DNA of 36,037 bases. Origin: a virus. Shown here piece after piece: positions 1 through 8,061 of the stretch (positions are counted from its first letter, which is position 1; every line of letters begins with the position of its first letter). Made by a program: the position numbers and the translations under genes. The stretch is from IMG/VR virus record IMGVR_UViG_3300045776_000084, one strand, 5' to 3'. The notes under the pieces were generated by a model. The model was not told the origin of the DNA, did no database searches, and worked only from the letters and a program-made list of their open reading frames with translations.

Positions 1-393
1 AACAGCTTCGGAGTCAGCAGTATATCGACCGGTGTTGACTACAACGCATACGCTAACGCTCAGGGCTACAACGCATTCAATTACACCGATATGAGTATCG
101 ATACTTCGAGTTTCACGACTTGGCAAGGTTCCTGCGGATGTGACTCTCACGCAGTTTATAACTCTACGAGCTTAAACCTGAGCGCGACCTACGTTCCGAA
201 TACCGGTTCGCCTGTTATCACTTCCGCCAAAAATCTGACCAGCATGTGTACCGGCAATTTGACCGCGCTTTGTAAAGACAAGGCGGGAAATGCGCGTCCA
301 ACCTCTGGGAATTGGGACGCGGGTGCACTTCAGTATGGCAGCGGCACAAGTGGGTGGCATGCCGTACAGTTGAAGGCGGGAAGCTACAAATGA
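1..393 (+). CDS. Hypothetical Cys-containing protein, 5' end outside window. The reading frame is open from nt 1 and the ATG at 91 is internal.
   Basis: Frame 1 has no stop from nt 1 to the stop at 391-393. No recognisable motif. Confidence 0.4.
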   Translation, partial: NSFGVSSISTGVDYNAYANAQGYNAFNYTDMSIDTSSFTTWQGSCGCDSHAVYNSTSLNLSATYVPNTGSPVITSAKNLTSMCTGNLTALCKDKAGNARPTSGNWDAGALQYGSGTSGWHAVQLKAGSYK

Positions 394-438
394 AAATAGG
401 GATCACAAAATCGGAGAAACAATTAACTAGGAGGCTGT

Positions 439-801
439 ATGAAATTTCGCCACATAATCTTAATCACTTTGCTACTTTGCGCTGTATCGGTAGTAGCACA
501 AGCAGCACCACACGATGTGGTTCTTACGTGGACTGAATCGGATACTGCGAGTGGTATAACCTACAATGTATATCGCGGTACTTCCACTGGAAGCTGTACC
601 ACACTTCCTGCGATGACCAAGATTAACACAAGCACTGTAAGTGTGTTGACTTACACCGACACTTCAGTCGTACTCGGAGGTTCGTATTGCTATGCAGTGA
701 CCGCAGTATACAACGGACTTGAGAGTGGTATGTCCGTTGGTGCAGGAGCAAGTATTACCAAAGCTGCGCCTCCCTCAATTAACATTACGATTATACAGTA
801 G
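439..801 (+). CDS. Secreted fibronectin-type-III / Ig-like domain protein
   Basis: Strong RBS (AGGAGG) 7 nt upstream. N-terminal signal peptide (MKFRHIILITLLLCAVSVVAQA). FN3-like motifs (LTWTES...YNVYRG...YCYAVTAVY). Confidence 0.55.
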   Translation: MKFRHIILITLLLCAVSVVAQAAPHDVVLTWTESDTASGITYNVYRGTSTGSCTTLPAMTKINTSTVSVLTYTDTSVVLGGSYCYAVTAVYNGLESGMSVGAGASITKAAPPSINITIIQ

Positions 802-817
802 CTAACGCGACTGTGAG

Positions 818-1198
818 TTGGGGTATTTGGAATATCCAACCCTCTATATAGGAGAACTATACGGAGGGTTGGATATGAATACCAGCACCAAACAGTGGTT
901 AATGAGTGTATTTAGTGAAGACAATGCAAACCCCCCGCAGGGGTCGAGCAGTCGTGCCCTTAGCTTTATTCTAAGCATAGGGAGTTTGGCGATTATTACT
1001 GTACTGTTTGCTCGATTACCTTACCTCCCGGCAGATAAGCTGGCAGCCTTCCTCCCCAGTCTCCCCTACATCATAGGGGGGCTCACTGCTTTCTCAATTT
1101 CACCCTACACGGTCAATAAAGTGTCGGGAATTTGGGATAAAAGTAGTAATTCCCCTACGACCCCACCAGTACCTCCGGCTCCTCCAAGCGGCTCCTAA
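818..1198 (+). CDS. Hypothetical membrane protein with Pro/Thr-rich C-terminus
   Basis: Two hydrophobic segments. C-terminal PTTPPVPPAPP tract. Same strand as the upstream genes. Confidence 0.35.
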   Translation: MGYLEYPTLYIGELYGGLDMNTSTKQWLMSVFSEDNANPPQGSSSRALSFILSIGSLAIITVLFARLPYLPADKLAAFLPSLPYIIGGLTAFSISPYTVNKVSGIWDKSSNSPTTPPVPPAPPSGS

Positions 1199-1587
1199 AA
1201 AAGCCGCTCCACCCTTCTCACTAAAATTCCTCTGTATGGCCAGAGGCCGTTTCTTAGCTTTTGGTTCCTTTTTGTAGAGGGGATACTATGGGATTTCAAA
1301 GTAACAGTACGCTATTAACGGCTCTTTGGCTTTAAGCCGACTGACCCCAACGGCAAAGAATTTTGTGTTAACCTGAACGCCGTTCATTACATTGAAGCAA
1401 CTGCCGACCATAACTCAGTCTGGATTTTCTATCCTGAAACCGGGCGACCCGGTACGCAGGGTCCGTTCCATCTCACAGGTGACGTGGCTCAACAATTTAT
1501 GTCTGACTTAGAGGGATTGTTTACCGGAGATGTCTTATACCAGTCATAGACCCAGACTAAAGTCTGGGAGCATCAAACAACCCATTT

Positions 1588-2043
1588 TTAGCCCTTCTGT
1601 CCCGGTGTTCCGACAGCGGCGGATGTGGTAGCAGTTGCTGGCGGAGTGGTCGGGTCAGTTAGTTCAGCTTTCAGCTCTGTGAGGCTCGTAGTGGGGTCTT
1701 TTTGTTTTGCTGCGGTTATCATAGCGGCGATGTCCGAGAAGGAAGCGGTGCCCTTGTTGATGGCATATGGTGCGGCAATTAGGCCAATGAGCGCGGTTAA
1801 AACTATTGGAAGGTTTGAAAGATACACACTCACCATAGCCACGTCAGTCAAGTGGGTTACGTGGTAGATAATCCGCTGAACGACCCACATAGTAAAAAAT
1901 GAAAACAAGAACATGAGCACCCGGGTGGATGAGGGTTCCCCGCTGGGCTCACTGATAAGCCCCCGCACGAAAGCTAGGGTTCGAGTTGTCCATCTCGTTA
2001 TGACCATCGAAAAGCCCCCCCTGTTAAGGGGGGCGGTATTCAT
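1588..2043 (-). CDS. Small integral membrane protein (3 predicted TM helices, PT-rich tail). The real start may be M13 at 2007, just after a terminator-like hairpin.
   Basis: Hydrophobic helices. ATGA overlap with the stop of the upstream ClpB-like gene. The GC hairpin 2014-2033 lies inside the first 12 codons. Confidence 0.45.
   Translation of the reverse strand: MNTAPLNRGGFSMVITRWTTRTLAFVRGLISEPSGEPSSTRVLMFLFSFFTMWVVQRIIYHVTHLTDVAMVSVYLSNLPIVLTALIGLIAAPYAINKGTASFSDIAAMITAAKQKDPTTSLTELKAELTDPTTPPATATTSAAVGTPGQKG
2014..2033 (-). terminator. GC-rich stem-loop (GCCCCCC-TTAACA-GGGGGGC) followed by TTTT on the minus strand, immediately after the ClpB-like stop
   Basis: Perfect 7-bp G/C stem and 6-nt loop seen directly. 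On the minus strand a T-run follows (plus 2010-2013 AAAA). Confidence 0.35.
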
Positions 2044-4568
2044 TTTTTACTCTCGGTGGGCTTCGGTTTTGGCTTCGTCACGGGGCGCTGGCGTCCCGTG
2101 TAGGAGACGGGCGGCTCATGGTTCAGTCGATCAATTTCACGCTCGGTCAAGCCCTCCTGCAATCGCTTCAGCAAGTTGTTGAGCCCGTGGACATCATCTA
2201 ATTTATTCACTTCATTATAAAGTTCGTTGGCCTTCTTCAGACGGGTCTTCGCTTCGGTGGGGCTGGTGGTCTGAAGCTTCTCCGCCATGACGGGAGCGAG
2301 CGCACCTTGGGTGAGGAGGGTAAACGTCAAGGTACCCGTCTTGTCTATGTCAATTGCAATCGTGTCACCAAGGGTGATTTGCCCACTAGATACAAGATTG
2401 GACAAGGGGGATACCAGCATCCTCTCAATGGTGCGTTTCAGGTGACGAGCCCCATACTTGGGGTCGATCCCCTCTTTTAGGAGCACAGTCTTTACCGCAT
2501 CAGAACAGGTAAAGACGAACTGGGAATTACCCACGCAACTGAGAATCCGCCGCTGCACGATACCCAACTCAATGTCAAGTATCTCCTTCAGGTGCTCCTC
2601 GCGGAGTGTTTTGAAGACCACAACCTTGTCGAGTCGGTTCATGAATTCAGGAGAGAATTTACGCTTCGCCGCCCCCTCTGCTACCCTCTCAATCTTTGTG
2701 TCAAACTGGTCATCTATAGAGCTGTCGGGGCTTCTGAACCCCATGCCGCCCTCTGCCAAACCCTGCATTTGGCTGGCTCCAAGGTTCGAGGTCATGACGA
2801 TAAGACAGCGGCTTAGGTCAACCCGGCGAGTGTCTCCAAGGGTAAGTGTGGCCTTGTCCAGAACCCCGAGCAGGAGGTTCCACAGGGAGTCAGAGGCTTT
2901 TTCGATTTCGTCAAAAAGGAGCAAAGTAATCTGGTGTTCGGGAGTATGCCATTGGTTTAACGCTTCTTGCGTCAGGAGGGGGTGAGTCTCACGGTGGCCC
3001 AGATATCCCGGTGGGCTATTCGACACCACCATGTTCTCTACCACATAAGACGTTTTTTCCTCCACAGAAAAATCATACACAAATCCCTCATACTCAACCT
3101 CATCGACGGCTTTTATACGGCTGTACACATAGTCGTCGTCCACATGAGCCATGCGTTGAATTCCTGAATTCCCCGGATTGAAGATGTTTATACTCTTCCC
3201 ACACATTGGAAGGTTTTGTACAAAAGACTGAATCTGCTCTCCCGCCATATACAAGCGGTAACGGGGAACTGTCTTATACCCTCGTTTGTCTGGTTTTGGT
3301 ACTTGGCGTTGCATTTGTGTAACAAACCCCAAATTATGGATTAGCAGCCGCATCTGACTAGCCAAATTTGGTGAAGAGGTAGAGTAATCAAGACGGCGGC
3401 GAACGGTCTTCCCCCCGTCGCCTAGAATTGCCGTATCAAGGAAATTCCACAGCAAATCAGGGCTCAACTGTAAAAACCACACTGGAAGATGCTTATTCAG
3501 TGTGTGGTCACCAAAGAGGTCGGCCATTAGGCGGCTAACAACCCGAGAATGGTAATGGATGCGGGTAGAGTGGCTCTTTCGCTCTCTAACATGAACCGCC
3601 CCACCAATAAATACCCGCCCCAGAATGTCTCGCACTTCCTGAACACATGGTTGTTCTTGGACTTGGCTACCAAAAGTAAAGTTGATGGTTTTACGAGATT
3701 TAGAATTACCTCCCTCGCTTACATAGAAACCCGCCAAACGAGTGAAGTCCTTATCCACCTTGATAAATCGGCGAATCTTAATCAAGTCCCCAACCCCCCC
3801 TTTACTCCACACATAGTCATCGTCAAAGCAGAGTTTGGGCATTACGGAGGCGTATTCAGCCAAATCAAGGGTGACCTCTGAGGGCTCAAGGTGTTGTCGA
3901 GGGTAGACGACCACATCCCCCTTTCTCAACTCTCCCGCAGGGACATACTGTAAATTTTCAGATTGGTATAAATTACTCAGGTCTCTTCCAGTTCTGGTGC
4001 TCGCTCGTCTCCCTACAAACGGTTGTTTAATCGCCCACACTTTGTGTGGTGAGGTACACACCACCGGGACATTACTGTTACCCACCATCAATCGGGTTAG
4101 TACACCTTTGTACTTATACTGGTGCAGAAAGGTGACAAGATGGGGCTCCCCGTTTTTAGTGATAACCCAGTCTCCCACCTTCACCTGTTCGATTGGTTTT
4201 GTAGTCCCGTCAGACAGGAGAACCCCAGTTCCCGGAATAAAACAGCCAACTAGTTTGGCAATTTCGTGTGAGTGCTGGAACTCAGCACAGTCGATTTTGA
4301 TGAGAGCTTGGGGGTTGTTGAATAGAGTCTCAGCGATAGCTTCAACGACCTTGGTTTTCCCGGTTCCGCTGGGTCCGAGAAACAGCAGGTTGCCGATGGG
4401 GCGTCCCGGTGCATTCAACCCGGCTAAAAACATCTGATAAATTTCGCTGACTTTCTGGATAGCGGCATCCTGACCAACTACTTTACTACGAAGAGTCTTC
4501 TCAAACTCTAAGGAGGCTTTACTCTTGCGGTTAGGGTCTAGCTGTTTAACGGCTCCCGTTGTTGACAT
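2040..4568 (-). CDS. ClpA/ClpB D2-type single-AAA+ ATPase precursor containing an intein (842 aa precursor, about 433 aa after splicing)
   Basis: Walker A GPSGTGKT. After the intein: SPPGYLGH, Walker B LLLFDEIEKA, sensor VMTSNLG, and a ClpB C-terminal domain motif YGARHLKRTIE. The extein junction KLVG|SPPGY matches ClpB RLVG-APPGYVGY. Confidence 0.8.
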   Translation of the reverse strand: MSTTGAVKQLDPNRKSKASLEFEKTLRSKVVGQDAAIQKVSEIYQMFLAGLNAPGRPIGNLLFLGPSGTGKTKVVEAIAETLFNNPQALIKIDCAEFQHSHEIAKLVGCFIPGTGVLLSDGTTKPIEQVKVGDWVITKNGEPHLVTFLHQYKYKGVLTRLMVGNSNVPVVCTSPHKVWAIKQPFVGRRASTRTGRDLSNLYQSENLQYVPAGELRKGDVVVYPRQHLEPSEVTLDLAEYASVMPKLCFDDDYVWSKGGVGDLIKIRRFIKVDKDFTRLAGFYVSEGGNSKSRKTINFTFGSQVQEQPCVQEVRDILGRVFIGGAVHVRERKSHSTRIHYHSRVVSRLMADLFGDHTLNKHLPVWFLQLSPDLLWNFLDTAILGDGGKTVRRRLDYSTSSPNLASQMRLLIHNLGFVTQMQRQVPKPDKRGYKTVPRYRLYMAGEQIQSFVQNLPMCGKSINIFNPGNSGIQRMAHVDDDYVYSRIKAVDEVEYEGFVYDFSVEEKTSYVVENMVVSNSPPGYLGHRETHPLLTQEALNQWHTPEHQITLLLFDEIEKASDSLWNLLLGVLDKATLTLGDTRRVDLSRCLIVMTSNLGASQMQGLAEGGMGFRSPDSSIDDQFDTKIERVAEGAAKRKFSPEFMNRLDKVVVFKTLREEHLKEILDIELGIVQRRILSCVGNSQFVFTCSDAVKTVLLKEGIDPKYGARHLKRTIERMLVSPLSNLVSSGQITLGDTIAIDIDKTGTLTFTLLTQGALAPVMAEKLQTTSPTEAKTRLKKANELYNEVNKLDDVHGLNNLLKRLQEGLTEREIDRLNHEPPVSYTGRQRPVTKPKPKPTESKK
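3018..4244 (-). mobile_element. Intein (409 aa) with LAGLIDADG homing endonuclease, inserted between LVG and SPPGY of the AAA+ ATPase
   Basis: Begins CFIPGTGVLLSDG (block A). Block B TSPHKVW. Two LAGLIDADG-like motifs (LAGFYVSEGG, ILGDGGK). Block F VYDFSVEE. Ends VVSN followed by a +1 Ser. Confidence 0.7.
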
Positions 4569-4677
4569 CCCACACTCCGAAATCAGTCTTACCTATTAAT
4601 ACCAAAGTTCTGTTATAAGTCGGTCAGTCCGCAGTTCACACAGAACTTAGTTTATACGTCCCATAAAAATTTTTCAA

Positions 4678-5496
4678 CTATTTCTCCTGCCACTGGGCGA
4701 TAGCGTACTGCCATAACTGGTGCCCGGTAGGTTCGGGAACGCTATTGCCGAAGAAGAAATCCGCCCATTTCTCCGGGTCTAGTTCTACCCATCCTTCCTT
4801 GTTCTGCTCACGTAAGCCTTTGAGAGCCAGCTCCCACCGCTCATCATGGGGTTTCTCATACCATTCATCCCAATCGGGCTCGTCGGCGTAATCTTCGAGC
4901 ATCCTTGTCGGAGTGAAACCAGCTATGGCCGCATTGGGGAAAGAGTCGCAAACACTGTAGCTAGTCACTACGGGCTCATCGTCGCGGAACAGGAGCAGTT
5001 TGATTACCTCACTATACCCTTGGTCGTACGACCTTACTTTGGAGCGGAAAATACCAGTATCCAGCCCTTCTTGGAAGAGTTCAGCCAGCCACTTTCGATT
5101 CTTCCCCTCCACGTAGGCGTGACACTCACATTGCCCATGGAGGCGTGCGGCCAGCTTCACCACATCGGAGCCAAAAGCCAGAGCGGTATTCAACTGCGAG
5201 GTGAACAGGCTTACAGGCTTCCCTTTGTAAACCAGTGGTGATTCATCAAAGGCTACCCCACAATGCAGGGCGAGGCTCTGAACAAACTCCTTGCTCCCCT
5301 GCCGTTGAGCACAGGGGTGGCTCGGGTTGACAAGGTGCCGCAAGATGGCTGCATTGTCTTCTAAGCCGAAGGAGTCTGTGCTGAGGTGGAGAGACGTTTT
5401 GAAAATGTCGCTGACCATACCCCCGTAGTAGGCACGCTCAGAACCCGACATCCGGGCAGTCTCCTCCGATTGTGAGTGGAAGTAGATGGCACTCAT
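4678..5496 (-). CDS. Hypothetical protein. Start taken at MSAIYF (ATGA overlap with the upstream small ORF). An alternative start MSGSER at 5451 has a GGAGGAG RBS.
   Basis: Long ORF with protein-like composition. No recognisable family. The track's N-terminal 34 codons overlap a small membrane ORF in another frame. Confidence 0.5.
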   Translation of the reverse strand: MSAIYFHSQSEETARMSGSERAYYGGMVSDIFKTSLHLSTDSFGLEDNAAILRHLVNPSHPCAQRQGSKEFVQSLALHCGVAFDESPLVYKGKPVSLFTSQLNTALAFGSDVVKLAARLHGQCECHAYVEGKNRKWLAELFQEGLDTGIFRSKVRSYDQGYSEVIKLLLFRDDEPVVTSYSVCDSFPNAAIAGFTPTRMLEDYADEPDWDEWYEKPHDERWELALKGLREQNKEGWVELDPEKWADFFFGNSVPEPTGHQLWQYAIAQWQEK

Positions 5497-5654
5497 GAGC
5501 CAGACCCGCAGCCGTAGACCAGCAGAAAGTAAATGACATAGAGCCATCCGCAGATGACGTGAAAGATGCACCAGCCCACGCTGTGCCAGTGAACCCAAGA
5601 GATAATCCCGGCAATGACGCTGCCAACCCCAAATCCGCCGCTACTGTTACTCAT
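5493..5654 (-). CDS. Small hydrophobic/membrane peptide (53 aa)
   Basis: Not in the ORF track (under 60 aa). Translates MSNSSGGFGVGSVIAGIISWVHWHSVGWCIFHVICGWLYVIYFLLVYGCGSGS. Its stop overlaps the downstream start (ATGA) and its start overlaps the upstream ORF's stop. Confidence 0.3.
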   Translation of the reverse strand: MSNSSGGFGVGSVIAGIISWVHWHSVGWCIFHVICGWLYVIYFLLVYGCGSGS

Positions 5655-5802
5655 TGGCACCCTCGTTTTCGCTCTCGCTTAGACTTTTACTGCACTGCGC
5701 CATTGTGGAGTCGGCCACCGCTTCTTGCAAAGCGGTACGCCATTGGTCGAGCACCAGTTCTTGGGAGGTCAGGTCTCTGATGATAGTTTCAATGTCAGGC
5801 AT
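5647..5802 (-). CDS. Small acidic protein (51 aa)
   Basis: Translates MPDIETIIRDLTSQELVLDQWRTALQEAVADSTMAQCSKSLSESENEGANE. Stop/start overlap with the next small ORF. Confidence 0.25.
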   Translation of the reverse strand: MPDIETIIRDLTSQELVLDQWRTALQEAVADSTMAQCSKSLSESENEGANE

Positions 5803-5940
5803 TCAATCCCTTTGTATAAGAACAGTATCGCTATTAGAACTCTGAGGAAACAGTAAAACCAGCTTCCGGCGAGAAAAGACTCGAAGGCCAGTTTATTCTA
5901 ATCGCCATTTCTTTATACTACGCTACTTCCAGACGAAATG

Positions 5941-5972
5941 CCACAAAAACAAACCCCGCCATGAGGCGGGGT
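5941..5972 (-). terminator. Rho-independent terminator-like hairpin (CCCCGCC-TCAT-GGCGGGG followed by a T-rich TTTGTTTTTGTGG on the minus strand)
   Basis: Stem 5954-5960 / 5965-5971 seen directly. On the minus strand a T-rich tail follows (plus 5941-5953 CCACAAAAACAAA). Confidence 0.4.
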
Positions 5973-5990
5973 TATGAGGACGGTACCACT

Positions 5991-6095
5991 CTACGCTTCC
6001 GGCGTGGTCTCGGTGGTCGTAGTCTTTGGTCTGTTGACGAAGCGTTCGATTACTAGGAAGGTGATAAAGAAGGCAAGTACCAGAATGATAGTCAT
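5991..6095 (-). CDS. 34-aa single-TM hydrophobic peptide (MTIILVLAFFITFLVIERFVNRPKTTTTETTPEA)
   Basis: AGGAGA RBS 8 nt upstream. A terminator hairpin follows immediately. Not in the track (under 60 aa). Confidence 0.3.
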   Translation of the reverse strand: MTIILVLAFFITFLVIERFVNRPKTTTTETTPEA

Positions 6096-6248
6096 ATGAT
6101 TTTTCTCCTGCCTATACTAAAGCAATCTAATGACCAAACTACAAGCTGTTGATTTTACTGTGCTTTTGTTATTTCACTCATTGATTTTCAATGAAAACGC
6201 AGTATTTTACTATAGCGACCTGCTGTAGTATGCCTTGATTAAAATTTA

Positions 6249-6665
6249 ATGAGGTGTGCAATGTTAAACAAAGGATATGTGTACGTCATCGGAAACCGGG
6301 AGCAGGGGCTGTATAAAATAGGGTCCTCCCGCATTGACCCCCTCTATCGACTAGAACAAATTCAGCCCCACTGTCCATTTGAACTGGAGATGATTGAATT
6401 CTCCCTCGTCAAAAATGCCAAAAGAATCGAACAACGGTTACATGAGTTCTTTGAGTATGATAGGTTACGAATCAACAGTAAATTCACCGATTGGTTTAAA
6501 TTAACTGCTGATAAGGTTAAGAAAATCGGAGCGGGCATACCCAAGGATGAGGTCATAGATGACCCCACCCTCCAGTTAAAAGCAGAGCCAACATCCACCC
6601 CACCTGAGCCTTATTGTAAAGCCTCTGAGTTTCAAGAAGGCTCAGGTCTACTCATTTCAACATAA
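6249..6665 (+). CDS. GIY-YIG superfamily / T5orf172 (MUG113-like) domain protein
   Basis: KGYVYVIGN...LYKIGSS...RLEQI motif near the N-terminus, typical of the T5orf172/GIY-YIG family. The likely real start is MLNKGY at 6261. Confidence 0.5.
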   Translation: MRCAMLNKGYVYVIGNREQGLYKIGSSRIDPLYRLEQIQPHCPFELEMIEFSLVKNAKRIEQRLHEFFEYDRLRINSKFTDWFKLTADKVKKIGAGIPKDEVIDDPTLQLKAEPTSTPPEPYCKASEFQEGSGLLIST

Positions 6666-7317
6666 GGCTATCTATAGTTCGAGTGAGGTTCTCTTTAGCT
6701 TGAGCAGTAAAGGCTGCTGCGAACTCAGTGGTAAAATATAAAGGGTCACGTTCGAGGAACCTGTTGAGGATGGCGGCTCTACCTTTACGGAATGCTTCTT
6801 CCGGTACAAAGGGCTTATACTCCAGCCAGATGTTGTTGCCGTTCCTTTCGAATACCTCCCAAGTTGATCCAAGGCTGGCCAAGTCCATGTCGGTGATGAC
6901 ACTCCCGGCTCCCGTGGTGTAGGTGGTAAGCATAATTTCGGCCATGGCTTCCTCAGCTTGGTTGTAGGTTACCCCCAGTGTCTGGGAGTCTCTCAGAAGC
7001 AGGGCAGCAGACCGTTCTTCGTTGTTCTGAGCCTTCGGGTCGTATTCCGCGTCATGGTAAGCCCATGCGAAGAACTCCACTGCGGTTAGTGATTTGGTGC
7101 ATAGCTCCTCATGGATTTCCAGACCATTAAAAATGTGGCCGAGGTCATGGTAGCGCCGATGGGGCTCGTTGTACTTCCGCACCAGCTTGAACAAAACATC
7201 CTGAATCCCGGCTTTGTCCTTGCCGGGTGCCCGGTCAACAAATTCTTGAAGGAAGTTCATACCTGTATGATACCAAAATACGAAAGGCGAGTCTAGAGCC
7301 GTCGCCAAATTTACCAA
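6652..7317 (-). CDS. Hypothetical protein, possibly an HD-superfamily phosphohydrolase (RRYHDLGHI motif)
   Basis: H-R-R-Y-H-D-L-G-H near the N-terminus, plus later His/Asp residues. The family assignment is from memory only. An alternative start is MNFLQEF at 7260. Confidence 0.4.
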   Translation of the reverse strand: MVNLATALDSPFVFWYHTGMNFLQEFVDRAPGKDKAGIQDVLFKLVRKYNEPHRRYHDLGHIFNGLEIHEELCTKSLTAVEFFAWAYHDAEYDPKAQNNEERSAALLLRDSQTLGVTYNQAEEAMAEIMLTTYTTGAGSVITDMDLASLGSTWEVFERNGNNIWLEYKPFVPEEAFRKGRAAILNRFLERDPLYFTTEFAAAFTAQAKENLTRTIDSLMLK

Positions 7318-7480
7318 ATCTCACATAACAATGACGACTACCGTCCTCTATTTTAGGGCGAGGTTTAATCGCGACTTTGGGACTGTAGAGGAAGTATGGC
7401 CATTACACAAATAAATTGGCGGGGATCGTGGGACAGCACTGACTTTTGTAAAACCAGAAGTGCCCAAACCAAGATTTTCT

Positions 7481-7888
7481 TTACAGGTAGGACGGCGCAA
7501 ATATGTATAAGGCAAGCCAATGCACCACGGATGCACGCTTTCGCCAATCCACAAGGTTTCCTTGCTTTGATGTCTCCACCAAGATTGTGGCTTGCCTATC
7601 TTGTACAGAAGTCTTTTGGAGCGGAGCCCCTTCTGCCGAGTTTCCTACACACAAAGTTCTCGACGGTGCCGCTGTCATTGTGGCGAAAGCTATCCAGTGA
7701 TAGTATTCTCTGACTACAGCTCCAGATTCTTTTGCCTCTATTCCGGTTTCTACCGAACCATACTTGGCCATATCGACCCACTCGCCAGTTTTGTCGTCGA
7801 AGATTTCGAGTTTAGCTATTTCGAGTTTAGCCCCCCAAATGAGTTGTACACGGAGATATTCTTCCGGCCAACGACGGCTTCCCCGCAA
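7481..7888 (-). CDS. Hypothetical protein. Its 5' region overlaps the upstream Zn-finger ORF by about 70 nt across a tandem 15-bp duplication and a G6 run.
   Basis: ORF with protein-like composition. The start is uncertain (MAKYGS at 7771 is an alternative). Confidence 0.35.
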   Translation of the reverse strand: MRGSRRWPEEYLRVQLIWGAKLEIAKLEIFDDKTGEWVDMAKYGSVETGIEAKESGAVVREYYHWIAFATMTAAPSRTLCVGNSAEGAPLQKTSVQDRQATILVETSKQGNLVDWRKRASVVHWLALYIFAPSYL

Positions 7889-8061
7889 ATGAGACAGATT
7901 CGCTGCCCTCGCTGCTTCTTCACTGCCAGTGTACCCTCAACCCGGTGGTCGCAGGCGATTTTTAAGTTACGAAGTAACTCGTAGACCTTGCACAACCGTT
8001 TTCGAGCGGTACCTTCCCGTACTTGAAGTTCTTGGATACGTGCAATCTGAAGTGTGTTCAT
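7816..8061 (-). CDS. Small zinc-finger protein, about 81 aa (C-x-H ... C-x2-C)
   Basis: Start MNTLQIARIQ at 8061 forms a TAATG overlap with the stop of the upstream 93-aa ORF. Cys pairs ACDH...CLICGE. The first 46 codons of the track ORF overlap the upstream gene and are rejected. Confidence 0.4.
   Translation of the reverse strand: MNTLQIARIQELQVREGTARKRLCKVYELLRNLKIACDHRVEGTLAVKKQRGQRICLICGEAVVGRKNISVYNSFGGLNSK

Noticed and set aside
1319-1549. 77-codon open frame (…VWIFYPETGRPGTQGPFHLTGDVAQQFMSDLEGLF…) in the 390-nt gap between the plus-strand and minus-strand gene blocks
   Set aside because: No ATG/GTG/TTG start until the last third. Chance probability of such an open frame is about 3%. 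Could be a decayed gene, but there is no support.
2458-2985. Plus-strand ORFs (2458-2985, 2592-2816, 2967-3167, 3549-3881, 3997-4437) inside the ClpB-like gene
   Set aside because: Antisense shadow ORFs of a well-supported minus-strand gene. No RBS and no coding-like composition.
7592-7984. 130-aa plus-strand ORF across the Zn-finger / 135-aa ORF region
   Set aside because: Cys/Arg/Phe-rich low-complexity translation. Antisense to more plausible minus-strand ORFs.
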